This document shows positions 1 through 13,145 of a stretch of DNA of 64,000 nucleotides, piece after piece; position 1 is the stretch's first letter; the number at the start of each line of letters is the position of its first letter. The stretch lies in assembly GCA_951406725.2 (NCBI GenBank), contig OX597814.1, positions 205,840,001-205,904,000 on the forward strand. The letters run 5' to 3'. This stretch comes from Octopus vulgaris (taxonomy: Eukaryota). The notes below the pieces were generated by a model. The model saw only the letters and a list, made by a program, of their open reading frames with translations, made no database searches and was not told the origin of the DNA. The translations under genes were made by a program, and so were the position numbers.

Positions 1-330
1 AAATATATCACCTTCAAAATCACAAGCAAAAACACCCCTTTGTACCCGCCTGATTTTCAGAGGCCCCCAATTCTTCAACTACCTACCAAAAGAAGTCAGA
101 AGTAAAAACGGAACTTCAAGTGAAACATTACAAAATAAAACAATAACATTGGATACACTCCGAATGATGATACCGGACCAGGCGACGACCATTCAAGGAT
201 ACACTCCGAATGATGATACCGGACCAGGCGATGACCATTCAAGGATACACTCCGAATGATGATACCGGACCAGGCGACGACCATTCAAGGATACATTCAG
301 GGAGGACCAGCTGCTACAAATCCAGTAATG
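1..330 (+). mobile_element. 3' end remnant of a CR1/L2-group LINE ORF2
   Basis: Around 55-110 the sequence translates as FRGPQFFNYLPKEVRS, followed by IPDQ...QGY. This parallels the LINE C-terminus at 21034-21465 (STGPALFNIVPREIK...IPDKPPIIGY). Confidence 0.5.
151..288 (+). repeat. 46-bp tandem repeat x3
   Basis: GGATACACTCCGAATGATGATACCGGACCAGGCGACGACCATTCAA starts at 151, 197 and 243, with one mismatch. Confidence 0.95.
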
Positions 331-1659
331 GACCAACTTCCAGACATAGAGTGAGAACAAAACTGAAAGAAAATAAATTCAGGTGGTGCTCCAGTATGGC
401 AGCAATGCCACGACTGAACCATTAAAAGAATAACAAGAGCACAAACCTCCGCCAAGGCAACACCAATGTCCTCTCAACGATTAGCCAGAGATGAGTTTTA
501 AAATGAGAATACCTGAAATAAACTCGACTGCTCTCAGAGAATACTAAAAATGAATCCGAACGCTCTCAATAATTAAGTAAAAAAATAGGAAAAATAATCC
601 AGAATCCTTGTCCAGTAGCTGATCAATTCCAAAATCTAATAGGTTCGTGCCAGTCACGAGGCCAAACATCCCTGAAAGTTTCATGCGAATCCATCCACCG
701 GTTCTTGAGAATCTTGTCCACGGACAGACTAACAAACACGACTTAAAAAAATACCTCTTCCTTAAGGAAGGCGGATGTAATAAAAGAACAAGGTAAACAA
801 TAGATTGTTGATCTACGGAATTATTGATCAGTTATGCTCTGTTGCTTATCACACACCAACAAACAAATGAGTAACCCTCACCACACCAACCAAGTCCGCC
901 GAAAAATAAAATGGGAACAATGTTTAGAGACAGATGAAATGAGTATAAATGAATTAGTCTGGAAGAGGAGCGGAGAGCTGAGAGTAGAAACGTGGTAGCA
1001 GGAAGAGGAGATGAGAATAAATTAATTAACCAATAATTACATCGCAACCAATCAGTTGCTCAATGAGATATGAGGGGGGTCAATCAATGAATGTCACAGA
1101 TACTCGTTCACAGGAAAGTAGGGGGTCGTTCATTGGGAAGGAAAATCTGGGGAGAAGTAAAGGGTTTGATTCAGATTGCAGGTTTTGAGAAACGATATGA
1201 TGGAATTATTGTCTCTCGATTTAAACAGAAACCAAAGGGATCAATGGTGGGAATTTTGTGATTGTAACAAAGCTGTAGAGAAGAAAGCAGCCAAAAGAGA
1301 ATTGATTGTCGGATGGTAGAACCCAAAACTGACTTTCTATGTAGGTAACTTATTGACTTTTACTATCAAACTTACAACGGAGAAGTAAACATACCAAGTT
1401 GATTGCACTGGTAGAAGAAAAACACTGATATCCAAAAGAGAGAAACAACAAACACTTGTCAAAGTTTGGGTTTTGTTGCCCTAGTAACCACAGCTTTTGA
1501 GATAAGGGTTTCTAACCTAGTGCAGTTGCTTCATCACCTCATTTTATATGTCTCTGTAAATTATGGAGCCAATCTGACTTCATCTACCGGCCCTTAAACC
1601 GTTCCCATCCCAAAATGAGGCAAACAAATTTTTCGCATTTCAGCTTTATAGATTTTGAT

Positions 1660-2200
1660 TGTATATTTCACATGCACAGGAAATAGTTTACTCCGGTTCA
1701 AGCATAGTTCTGACAATACAGTCTGTCTACCACCACTTGGGTTCTGTTATGATCAGGAAAGCACAGAGGAAGGTTGTTTTGTTGGTTGAGAAGTATTATT
1801 GATGCTTTAAAGAAATTAGCTTACTTTTTGTTTCCCAGTATTTGTTGTACGTATATCATTGAAATCGAGAGACTCGCAAAAGGTAAGAGAATTATTATTT
1901 TCTTGGTTTAGCAACATGTCAGTGTTGCGGGAGTAGATCTATGATACAAGACGTTCTAACCTTGACCACCACCCTCTCTATTCATATGCATTGTCCACCA
2001 AGGTATTTCCTTTCTAAGAATTGAAGGAATGATTTGAGAGATATTTGGCTGTTATTTTTTAGTATTTTGTTTTCTTTGGAGGAGTTTACAGTGAGACGAG
2101 GTGTCTGTCTGAGGATAAAGCATGAATCAATCTGGCTTTGTTTTTCTCTCTGGGGTTGGAACCCCTATAAATGCTGTTGCCTTACTTTTCCTGTTTCAGT
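1660..2200. repeat. Dispersed ~540-bp repeat (other copies ~5135-5660 direct and ~44580-45105 inverted)
   Basis: Near-identical text ATATTTCACATGCACAGGAAATAG...TGGGGTTGGAA in three places. Confidence 0.9.
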
Positions 2201-2372
2201 TATGGAGAGACATGGGTCCAGTTTCCCCATAGAGATTCCTTACAGTTTCCCTATTAACAAGGAGCTGTGTGTTAAATGTACCATAGCCATGTATATGTCT
2301 CCCATCAACCGTCATTCTCATCCTTTGTCTCACTGCCCCTCAATCTTTCACCCTTTCTCTATGTCTATATAA

Positions 2373-2373
<1 letters not shown>

Positions 2374-2445
<72 letters not shown>

Positions 2446-2505
2446 CATCCATCCATCAACTATCTATCTATCTGTCTGTCCGTCCGTCCGTCCGTCTGCC
2501 CGTCC

Positions 2506-2560
<55 letters not shown>

Positions 2561-2590
2561 CGTCCGTCCGTCCGTCCGTCTGTCTGTCTG
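2374..2590. repeat. Compound (CTAT)n/(CTGT)n/(CCGT)n microsatellite
   Basis: Directly visible. Confidence 0.95.
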
Positions 2591-2769
2591 TGTTTATGTC
2601 TCTACATCTATTCTCTCTGCCTCTATCACTGTGTATATCTCTCTCCCTGATAATGACTCTCTCTCTCTCCGTTGTCCTTTCAATGCTTCTACCTCTGTCG
2701 CTCTATATTTCTCTCTCTCCTACTCTCGCTCTATCTATGTGATTCTATCCCTAAAGGAACATTCCTGCA

Positions 2770-3570
2770 TCTATGTATGTGTGTATGCATGCATGTATGT
2801 GTGTGTATGTATGTACACAAGCATGTATGTGTTTGTATGTATGCATATATGTATCTATGTGTGTATGTGTGCATGCTTGTATGTATGTATGTAGGTATCT
2901 ATGTGTATGTGCGAGCGTGTAAGTGTGTATGTGTGTATATGAATGCATGTGTGTGTGTATGTATGTATGTATGTATGTATGTATGTATGTATGTATGTAT
3001 GTATGTATGTATGTATGTATGTATGTATGTGTATCTATGTGTATGTGCGAGCGTGTAAGTGTGTATGTGTGTATATGAATGCATGTGTGTGTGTATGTGT
3101 GTGTGTATGTATGTATGTATGTATGTATGTATGTATGTATCTATGTGTATGTGCGAGCGTGTATGTGTATGTGTGTGTGTATGTATGTATGTATGTATGT
3201 ATGTATGTATGTATGTATGTATGTATCTATGTGTATGTGCGAGCGTGTAAGTGTGTATGTGTGTGTGTATGTATGTATGTATGTATGCCATGTATGTATG
3301 TATGTATGTATCTATGTGTATGTGCGAGCGTGTAAGTGTGTGTATGTGTGTATATGAATGCATGTGTGTGTGTATGTGTGTGTGTATGTATGTATGTATG
3401 TATGTATGTATGTATGTATGTATGTATGTATCTATGTGTATGTGCGAGCGTGTAAGTGTGTATGTGTGTATATGAATGCATGTGTGTGTGTATGTGTGTG
3501 TGTATGTATGTATGTATGTATGTATGTATGTATGTATGTATGTATGTATGTATGTATGTATATACGTATG
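2770..3570. repeat. (TATG)n microsatellite arranged as a higher-order minisatellite
   Basis: The spacer ATCTATGTGTATGTGCGAGCGTGTA recurs about 6 times between TATG runs. Confidence 0.9.
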
Positions 3571-3954
3571 TTTCTCTCCTGGTTTTAATACTTGACATTC
3601 TCCTGAAGAAGAGGCTGTTTTCTAACAAACATACAAAGCTCCGTCATTGGAATGTCGATGATGGAACCAATGTCCCATTTAAAACCTGTATACTTTACAT
3701 TCAGCTGCTCACCTTTTGCTCTTCTTACCTGAGGTTAATAGCTTTGGTATTTAGGAATTAATATTTCATCAGTAAACATTAGTGTGATCCATTGAATTGG
3801 TTAGGGCTACGGTTAGGAAGAGAATTAGACTGGACAAAAACCAGATTAGCTTTGCCACGGGGAGAAGCATTACTGATGCTATTTTCTTAGCCAGACAACT
3901 GCAAGAGAAATACTTACCCGAAATTTAATTCGATTTTGAATAGTTTTCTTGGTT

Positions 3955-4175
3955 ACTCTCTTTACTCTATACTCTTTTATTGTTTCAGTCATTTGACTGC
4001 GGCCATGCCGGAGCACCGCCTTTAGTCGAGCAAATCGACCACAGGACTTATTCTTTCTAGGCCTAGTACTTATTCTATCGGTCTCTTTTGCCGAACCGCT
4101 GAGCTACAGTGACGCAAACACACCACCATCGTTTGTCAAGCGATGTTGGGTGGAAAACACACACACACAAACACA

Positions 4176-4243
<68 letters not shown>

Positions 4244-4412
4244 CATATATACGACAGGCTTCTTTAAGTTTCCGTCTACCAAATCCACTCACAAGGCTTT
4301 GGTCGGCCTGAGGCTATAGTAGGAGACACTTGACCAAGATGCCACGCAGTGGGACTGAACCCGGAACCATGTGGTTGGTAAGCAAGCTACTTACCACACA
4401 GCCACTCCTGCG
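3955..4412 (-). mobile_element. tRNA-derived SINE with internal (CA)/(TA) repeat (octopus-type)
   Basis: Minus-strand head GCGCAGGAGTGGCTGTGTGGTAAG...GGTTCAGTCCCAC with A/B-box-like motifs. Related copies at ~16170-16490 and ~46255-46510; fragments at ~18295 and ~35510. Confidence 0.8.
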
Positions 4413-5007
4413 CTTATTATCTGTTTAAAATGTTTCTTTTTGTTTTTGCTGGTTGGTTCTGAGCTTCAAACTTTTTACTAAACGGTCCTCAATTGTTGAT
4501 AATCTTGGTGTTGTATTTTTGTTATTATTTGCTGGTAACTGGGCTTGTCTCTCACTTGCAGAAGAGAAAGGATTTGCTCTTGTACAGTGGTAGATAAAAT
4601 GACCAGTTTGAGGTGTTGTTACTTGTGGTATTCCCGAGCGATCACGGATTAAGTAATTTCCAGGTTTTTTCAATTCTTTTTCAGAATTCTTGAAACAGTT
4701 AATGGAGGTACAGACCAATCAGCTGGTCTCTTTTTTACACATTTCTCCATTTTTTACCAAATTTCACTCTGAGCTCGTTTCTCTCATAGAATTTCATGCT
4801 TCTTCTTCGTCTTTCATTTTGGCATCTGATGATCAAATTGGATATGACTGTCAAGAGAAATGTCGTTAAAGGCATGTTTGTTTAGTTTTCTTGTGATAAA
4901 TATAAATTTTTGGAAAACCCACTTTACTAAAAGTAGTAAATCTACTTAATTAACTTTTCTTGGTGGGACTAAAGTTGCTGAGGTGAATTTGGATATAAAT
5001 AAATAAA

Positions 5008-5072
<65 letters not shown>

Positions 5073-6214
5073 CCGCAGGAATGATGTTAATGTATTCTTT
5101 ACAGATATAGATTTACAATTTTACGCATATATTTATATATTTCACATGCACAGGAAATAGTTTACACCTATTCAGGCATAGTTCTGATAATACAGTCTGT
5201 CTACCACCACTTGGGTTCTGTTTTGATCAGGAAAGCTCAGAGGAAGGTTGTTTTGTTGGTTGAGAAATATTATTGATGCTTTTAAGGAATTGGCTTACTT
5301 TTTTGTTTCCCAGTATTTGTTGTACGTATATCATTGAAATCGAGAGACTCGCAAAAGGTAAGAGAATTATTATTTTCTTGGTTTAGCAACATGTCAGTGT
5401 TGCGGGAGTAGATCTATGATACAAGACATTCTAACCTTGACCACCACCCTCTCTATTCATATGCATTGTCCACCAATGTATTTCCTTTCTAAGAATTGAA
5501 GGAAGGATTTGAGAGATATGTGGCTGTTGTTTTTAGTATTTTGTTTTCTTTGGAGGAGTTTACTGTGAGACGAGGTGTCTGTCTGAGGATAAACCATGAA
5601 TCAATCGGGTTTTCTTTTTCTCTCTGGGGTTGGAAACCCTTTAAATGCTGTTTCCTTTCCTTCCCGGTTTGTTATTGTTATTTTTGGTGTTTAACACCTT
5701 TTCACCCAGAAGAAGTCTCTGTCTTCTCGTGAAGAAGTTTCTGTGATGTTCATAACTCCTCCCCTGACTACTATCACTACTATTACAACTTCTATAATAA
5801 TCGTTGCGGTTGTGCCTGCTATTTACCATGGTCATAGTAGAGGGTCAATGGTTAGTTATTTTAGCTTGTGACGTAGTTTAGCTGGTAGGCTGTATAGTAT
5901 TTGTTGTAATGTTATTAACTGCGAAACCACATAGGGGTTCCAACGTCGTCCACGATTTCGTTTATATTGTTTGAGAGAAGCTTAATTCCAGATCTTTTCC
6001 CAAAATATATCCTACATTCAAAATTATACTGAAACTGTGTATTTTGAACAATAGTCCTGATTATTCTATAATATTTAATTTTTTTACAAAAGAAAGACAA
6101 AGAAAAGAAGAACTATAAAGGGAAGAAAAAGAAAGAGAAAGAAAACATCAATGCAGCTCCAATTTCTTCAGTTGGTCAAACGCCACAAAGCCCAACGGAA
6201 CCTACTGAAGCGAG

Positions 6215-6470
6215 TCAACACTTCACTGCATTATCAGGATCGAAGGCGAGGCTAAGGCGTCGGAAAAGCCAAACGCCATCACAGGCATCACCCGACGCCT
6301 CGGTTAAGCGAGCTGCCAACGATGACAAGAACTTCGTTGTTAGCGGTTCACTTCCTTCAAACATCTCAAACGCCATAAGTTGGAAGAGACAGTTCAATCT
6401 CAGTTCCCGATATTTCAAGGTTTTGTTCCGTTCGGCTACAAACTTTCTTCCTACGTCCCACAAACGTTGC
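6215..6470 (-). mobile_element. CRE-like (restriction-like endonuclease) retrotransposon C-terminal remnant
   Basis: LAARLTEASGD...WLFRRLSLAFDPDNA resembles the CRE-clade terminus (GRRL..SGD...FL.QR.S.A.QRGNA). Confidence 0.45.
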
Positions 6471-6950
6471 TTGTTGGCGTAATTGTTTCGCAGTAAAATG
6501 ATTTAGTTGTGGATGCGGATCGTCCATGTATGGTTCCAATCTGACCAAACATCCAACGACGGGGTTTTGTTTAGCTCTTCTATAACAATTAATAAATCTG
6601 TCCTCAATTCATAAATCCAAGAAAAAAAGATGAGTTTTGTGGTTAGGTTTCTTCTCTAACTAAAGCTAGAAAGAATCTGTTTATCTGTTGAGCTGTTGTT
6701 TTTGTTCTGTTCCTTGGTTGTATTGTTGTTGATGTTGTGTCCAGCCATGTTGTTTGTAGTAAATCTCTGCATGCTAAATTCAAGTTTCAGTCGAAAATCA
6801 ATACAATCTTTAATAAAAGGCTCCTTCAGTTAATTCATCTGGAGATTAACCAGTTATTTAACAGGGCTTCAAAGATGGAGATAGTATTCATCGTATCTTC
6901 CATAAATAGTCTTCCATACTAAATACGTGACGGTGGTCACTTCGAGCCAG

Positions 6951-6952
6951 CC

Positions 6953-6999
<47 letters not shown>

Positions 7000-7375
7000 A
7001 TGTATGTATGTATGTATGTATGTATGTATGTATGTATGTATGTATGTATGTATGTATGTATGTATGTATGTATGTATGTATGTATGAATGTATGTATGTA
7101 TGTATGTATGTATGTATGTATGTATGCATGTGTATGTATTTATTTATGTAGGTATGTATGTATGTGTGCATGTATGTATGTATGTATGTAATGAATGTAT
7201 GTATGTATGTATGTATGCCTGCATGTATGTATTTATTTATGTAGGTATGTATGTATGTGTGCATGTATGTATGTATGTATGTATGTATGTATGTATGTAT
7301 GTATTTATTTATGTATGTATGTATGTATGTGTGCATGTATGTATGTATTTATTTATGTATGTACGTATGTATGAA
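6951..7375. repeat. (CTGT)n + (TATG)n microsatellite
   Basis: Directly visible; abuts the 3' end of the adjacent RLE retrotransposon. Confidence 0.95.
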
Positions 7376-7399
7376 TGTTGTGTGTGAAGATCTGTATTT

Positions 7400-9150
7400 T
7401 TGTATGTTTTTATGTATTCTCATGCATATAGTTACATATCTAGACATACTCATATATATTTAAATGATAAACTTCTGGAAAGTTTTCCAGATTTTTACAG
7501 TTCCAGTGATGGATTGGATCTGTAATCTTCGAATTAGCTTTCTCCTTTCTGGTTTTGAGAAGCCTAATTTCTCAAAATTGGTATTTAGGCAGTGTGTTAC
7601 ATATCCCTGTGCCCCAATAATTACAGGTATGAACCTGAACTTGTAATCTGGATAGAGTAACTGCAGATTTCTCAATAGTTCAGCAGAGGTTTTCTCTCTT
7701 TCACTGATCTACCGCTTTATGTTAACATCCGCTGGGCAGCTAATTTCCACAACTGTGCACAGTTTCTCTTCTCTATCCCAAATCATTATATCAGGTCTGT
7801 TGTTCCTATATTTTACTGAGGTCTTCACTGGGACATTCCACCGGTATTCCTTTTTATTATGAGTGGCTATGGCATCTACCATATTGTGGATTCTTTTTTC
7901 TTTCTTCTTGGGATTATGCTTACCACGGATTTCATTATAGAGTGTCCTAGTTACAACATCACGTCTCATCGGTAGATAATACCGTGATGACATTTTCGGA
8001 CAACTGCTTATGATGTGGGTGATATCTTCAGTGTGAACTCCACAAAGTCTGCATCGTTTGCCACATTTGAATGCTTTTTCTGTATCTCCATCCCTTTTGT
8101 TCACCAGGTACTTGGTTGATATTTCCTGTTCCTCGATAACAAATGCATATCCTTCAAAGTGCGAGGTAGTAATCCGGCTATTGATCCATGATAAACTGCT
8201 TGATGATCGATGCTACTATCATCACAAAGCTTTCTACTATCATATCCATGCATGGTCTTCTGCTTACATAGGCTCATCCTTTCATCTGATGAGACGCTGC
8301 GGTAGAGTCGTGTGAGTATGTACTTTAGGTTCTCAGACAAGGAATGCTGCTCAAGTCTTATGATGTTATCAGCCTCATGTATGCAAACTTGGTCAAGGGA
8401 TGCATTTCGACACTTGACGGTTAAAAGATGTTGCCGAAAGGATATGATGTGACATCCAAAGGCATTTTGGATCGATGTTAAACCTCTGCCACTTGTTTTC
8501 GTTTCAGGTAGAGGCTATCTACGTCACTGTTTATGTGGAAATTATGTTTTGTTGTTCATATTTTTCGGGTTTTCACACAAATTGCTAGGATCTCATCAAG
8601 CGTCCAATCAAGCATCTCAAATATTGGTACGGGTACTGACACTGCAAACACATTGTGTTTTATTGAATGCAGATAGATGTGAGGTCCAAATTTTCTTAAT
8701 TCGGCTGTAATATTCTTCAGTGACACGTGTTTTGTTACAGGTGCCATTGTAAGATATATTTTCATCCACCCCTAGATACCAGATACAGGGGAAACATTCA
8801 AATTATTGACGGAGATGCTACTAGTCTAGTTTATAGCATTCCTCCTTTTCACAACTATATAACAACATTTATCCTGACCAAAATCTAACCCTACATCCTT
8901 TGAGGATGTCGTAACTAGCTCAAGGCTCTTTTTCATCTCATGCATATTCTTTGCATAACGTTTTAGGTCAGTCACAAAGAAACAGTGTGTAATTCTGATA
9001 CTTTTGTTTCCCCTGTGAACCAGTGAGATATCCTACAGACTTCTTTAACATGAATGACATGGGGTTTACAGGAAATATAAAGATCACAGAAGGCTGTTCC
9101 CTTGGAATATGCCTTTGAGACACTGTATTTCTATCAGTGATAATACAGTC
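7400..9150 (-). mobile_element. Degenerate RLE-type (R4-like) non-LTR retrotransposon, 3' part
   Basis: CCHC knuckle CRLCGVHTEDITHIISSCP, RPDIMIWD...VEISCP endonuclease motif, FIPVIIGAQG; frameshifted. Confidence 0.85.
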
Positions 9151-9439
9151 ACTCTTTGAGTTTAATCTTAAGTTTGAAAGTGTTTAGCTACAAAAAATTA
9201 ATTTCTCGATCTGCCGTTCAAATGGAAAAGTTCCTAGCTTAATATTAGGTTGTTTTACATGAATTGTCAGTATTTGAAAGCTAACAATAAAATGTTTCAG
9301 AAATGTTGGAGAACTGATTCATTTAATCAAAGTATGATCCCTGTTCATTTACCAAAGTTTTGTCTATATGGCATATTTTCCATCTTTAAAAGTGCAATCC
9401 ATCATTTGCTCACAGCAACTGTCCGAATGCTTCAATCAC

Positions 9440-10070
9440 CTCTTCTCTTCACGAATGTTTTATTGTTTATGAAATAGGCAATATGCTTAAATAAGTGATG
9501 ATTAGTTGGAGAGATATCAGAGAATGCTGCAAAATCTCATAATTCCGGATTTGCAACATTTGGACCGTAGCTTGTGGAGAGTGAGCACGTGCAATGTCGT
9601 GGAGCAAAATTGGGCCATCTCTCTTCACTATTCTGGGTTGCTTCTTTTTCAAATTCTCACGCATACAATCAATTTCCTAGCAATACGATGTTGTTGTTAC
9701 CGTTTTCCCTTGTTGCAAATATGAATAATGAATAACTCCCTTCGCGGACGACCATACAATGACAACCAACTTTTTAGGGTGCAATGGTGCGTTTAGGTGA
9801 CTCTCCTGCATTTAATCACTGTCCTGTTCTGCTGTTGTCAATGAGTTTCCATTTGTCATCACAAGTAAGGATTTGATCCAAAAATGGTATTTTTCTAGTC
9901 GGGAAAGCAATAATAAGCACATTTAGAGGCTTCTGGTTTTTTTTTTTTTTTTTTTTCAAATCTCGTTCAGTTGATGTAGAACAAACCTATCTGTTTTCTT
10001 CACTTTTCCAATTTTTTACAGGTGTCCAGAAATTCCCATTCTACTTAGAGTTTATACTTACGGAAATGGA
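9440..10070 (-). mobile_element. Mariner transposase remnant
   Basis: GPILLHDIARAH (compare mariner LLHDNARPH) and upstream FLDQILTCDDKW. Confidence 0.75.
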
Positions 10071-10177
10071 TACGCAACGTTTCCTCTTCTTTCTAGTTTA
10101 TAAAAATTTGATAAATTTGGTGACTGAGGAATCCGATCCAAATAAAGAAACGAAAATAAAATTCCAGAATCACCGTT

Positions 10178-11151
10178 AGATATATTATAATATTTTATAC
10201 AAAAATAAATATAAGAGAGTGGTCACTATATGGCTCACTCTAGCACTAGTAAATCCAAAGGTTTCAACCACAAAAATACATGTTTCCCATGAAAGTCAGT
10301 ACGATTGTTAGCTCACACGAACAGGAAACAATTGTCCCAAAATAATCTGTATTTTTGTTATTTTTTATTTGCCCTGTTCGTGTGAGCTAACAATCGTACT
10401 GACTTTCATGGGAAACATGTATTTTTGTGGTTGAAACCTTTTGGATTTACTAGTGCTAGAGTGAGCCATATAGTGACCACTCTCTTATATTTATTTTTGT
10501 ATAAAATATTATGATATATTATAAAATATTATAATAATCCAGGTTTCTCGGGGCACTGGGCCACTTGGTGTTGAATAGATATACTATTAAATTAGTATCT
10601 AATTCTCTCACCCTTATTAATTAATTATAATTATGCTACATTTATTTCTAAATGTAGTATTTGTTTCCGTGAAAGTTTGGCGCGCTGTTGGTAGGGGCAT
10701 TTGAATTATAACGTCGGATGTAATCAATTGAACCACACGTGTATTTATCGTTATTTATCTGGCGTGTGATTGAGTGGATTTCATCCAGATAGTTTTGGCT
10801 GAGGAGCTACAAGTGGATTTTTTGTGAGTAAAATTACATTTAATTCATTAATAGCGAAACAATTGTCCCAAAATAATCTGTATTTTTGTTATTTTTTATT
10901 TGCCCTGTTCGTGTGAGCTAACAATCGTACTGACTTTCATGGGAAATATGTATTTTTGTGGTTGAAACCTTTTGGATTTACTAGTGCTAGAGTGAGCCAT
11001 ATAGTGACCACTCTCTTATATTTATTTTTGTATAAAATATTATAATATATTATAAAATATTATAATAATCCAGGTTTCTCGGGGCACTGGGCCACCTGGT
11101 GTTGAATAGATATACTATTAAATTAGTATCTAATTCTCTCACCCTTATTAA

Positions 11152-11160
<9 letters not shown>
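10178..11160 (+). mobile_element. Penelope-like pseudo-LTR array: inverted 5' piece plus two direct ~305-bp copies
   Basis: 10326-10630 matches 10857-11160, and 10178-10325 is the reverse complement of ~10375-10520. The spacer translates as SKCSICFRESL...LN, like the PLE GIY-YIG C-terminus. Homologous to the PLE terminus at 16600-16900. Ends in (TA)n. Confidence 0.75.
10793..10873 (+). ncRNA. Minimal type I hammerhead ribozyme
   Basis: TTTTGG-CTGAGGA-GCTA...TAGC-GAAA-CAATTG-TC-CCAAAA: stem I 6 bp, stem II 4 bp, palindromic stem III ACAATTGT, GUC cleavage triplet ending at 10867. Confidence 0.85.
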
Positions 11161-11190
<30 letters not shown>

Positions 11191-11859
11191 CATGTCATAT
11201 TTTCCGTTTGTTGTCTTCCTGTTATTTATGTAACGCACGCACTCTTTAATTTCTTGGGATATTTTTGTGTCTCCATGTTTCTTTCCTTTACTTTTCTCCT
11301 CTTTATTTCCCCCCTCTCTCTCTCTCTCTCTTTATCTGTTACCCTCTTCCAACTATCATGTGACCCGTGACGACCTATGGTGGTGTCATATAATTTTTTA
11401 CGTTGCCTTCGACCGCACTGGTCACGATTTTCTGAGCTCCTCGCTCTATCCCTCACGTTCCTTAGGACAGTTTTCATTTCTCCTTCGTGTTACCCACTTT
11501 CGTCTTGTCTTGCAGCCCCAAGGCTATTTTCTTCCCTATATGTATTATTATCATTATTAATTGTTGTCTTCGTGTGGTTCTAAGCCCTTATTCTGTTTGT
11601 TTTGTCCTTCGACCGTCCACTAACGGTTTCGTCTTGATCCCGTCTCATTTTGTTATATTTTGATCCCATTCCCGGCAAGTCTTTTGCTGGTGCTTCCAGA
11701 GAGGAAACAATATTATCGATAATGGCTGAAATTGCGTTTGACTCCTCTTGCCGATAACTGACGAAGATTTCGTGACTTTGTGTGTTTTCTGTTCGCCTGT
11801 GCATTTAGTATGTGTTCATTTCTTTATTTACTATACGTTATATATATATATATTTGATG

Positions 11860-12086
11860 TTGCTCCAGTTCACTCCGCTGTAGAAATGAGTTGCGACGTC
11901 ACAGGTACCTAGCTGTATCGACCCCTTTGCCTTTCCCTTGGGTAACACTGGTGGCGTGGAGATGGGAGGCCGTTATGCATGGGCGACTGCGAGTCCTCCA
12001 TAAACAACCTTGCCCGGACTTGTGCCTGAGAGGGTAACTTTCTTGGTGCAATCCCATGGTCTCTGTCGTGACCGAAGGGGCTCTCA

Positions 12087-12087
<1 letters not shown>
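11860..12087 (+). mobile_element. SINE-like repeat fragment ending at (TA)n
   Basis: GC-richer island (GTATCGACCCCTTTGCCTTTCCCTTGG...GTGACCGAAGGGG) with no ORF; family assignment is from recall only. Confidence 0.4.
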
Positions 12088-12130
<43 letters not shown>

Positions 12131-12152
12131 GTGCGTGTGTGTGTGTGTGTGA

Positions 12153-12188
<36 letters not shown>

Positions 12189-12779
12189 CCTGTATGCGTG
12201 CCTGTTTCATTTTGCTTCTCGCCGTTTGTCCTATGCACAGAACCAAATCCTTACATGTGTTTTACCATTTTGTTCCAGTTGTTTTATGTCTAGCTTCAGT
12301 CATGACAACGCATCTGTCGTGCTGATGACGCCTGTTGACCTAGAAATACCTGTTACAACTATCCTGTATCCACCCCACCCCCACGCAAGCCATTTAAATG
12401 TATAATCTCAAAGAATATTTGATTGCTTAATCTTATCTTTCTGCCTGATTTAATTCAGATGTTTGTTTATTTCGTTTCGAATCAAATAAAGAATTCATTT
12501 GGATATCTACTTGAACGTTGTTTGACTTTCTTCTCGAAACCCATTCCTCTGGACACTATGGCTTATTAATCTCTATCCATTTCCGCTTTTTTTGTGCGCG
12601 TGTGTGTATCAATCAAAGCATACAGTAATATAGCTCCTTTGCAGCCGATCTTACTAATCGTATTCGATAACCAGGTATTAGACACCTGTGTGGTTAATTA
12701 ACACCACGTCCTTTGGTAAAATAGCTGGTAGGGGATAAAATATAGCAACCGCTCTCTTATTGGAGGTGAAAATTTTCAC

Positions 12780-13145
12780 GGCCACTCTGTGGATGCTGTG
12801 GGGACTAGACTACAGGATGCTTGTGAAATCTGGACAGTTTACCAGACATGCTAAAAAATGTAACCACTTTCACCTGACACACCTGCGAAAAGTTCTTAAC
12901 ATCAGAGGACAATAAAGCTCCAAATAAAAGTGTTATCGACAGAGCTAACATTCCAAGCGTGTATGCTTTATGAGCGAATTCTAACTGCGGTAGAGTGAAC
13001 ATGTAGCGCACATGCTCGACTTCACTCTTTCCAGAGAGATCTTCGCAAAAGTAACATTTGGTTCTTGATCACAATGTGGACCAAACAAAAGATACAAAAA
13101 CACGCACAAGACAACCTTGGAAAAAGTATAACTTTTTGGAAGCAA
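12780..13145 (+). mobile_element. RTE-clade LINE remnant bracketed by ~95-bp direct repeats
   Basis: Degenerate NHFHLTHLRKVLNI...DRANIPS. 12705-12802 matches 13199-13295. Confidence 0.5.

Larger units (their letters stand above)
4670..8300 (+). repeat. Composite segment duplicated in inverted orientation at ~42650-45500
   Basis: Matching translations on opposite strands (6737+ / 43700-, 7464+ / 43279-, 5496+ / 44509-). 4670-4870 is the reverse complement of 45315-45500. Confidence 0.85.

Noticed and set aside
151-288. CRISPR-like appearance of the 46-bp and 43-bp repeats
   Set aside because: Head-to-tail units without unique spacers, eukaryotic context and no cas genes.
590-785. Possible Helentron-associated (HINE/DINE-like) element
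   Set aside because: Resemblance from memory only; both termini could not be defined.
3600-3665. CTGAAGA motif with a hairpin (inverted relative at ~41540-41605)
   Set aside because: Lacks the GAAA core after the stem; treated as a plain repeat fragment.
2276-3761. Many overlapping YVCM/HTYI-repeat ORFs (also ~7000, ~43500, ~47400)
   Set aside because: Stop-free frames of (TATG)n tracts; no coding signal.
4310-4412. tRNA gene
   Set aside because: The A/B-box-like region is a SINE head continuing into SINE body; no complete cloverleaf seen.
10120-10170. CTGAGGA...GAAAC possible extra hammerhead
   Set aside because: No convincing stems I-III or cleavage triplet.
11755-11790. CTGACGA motif in a TA-flanked island
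   Set aside because: No downstream GAAA or stem III; at most a decayed relic.
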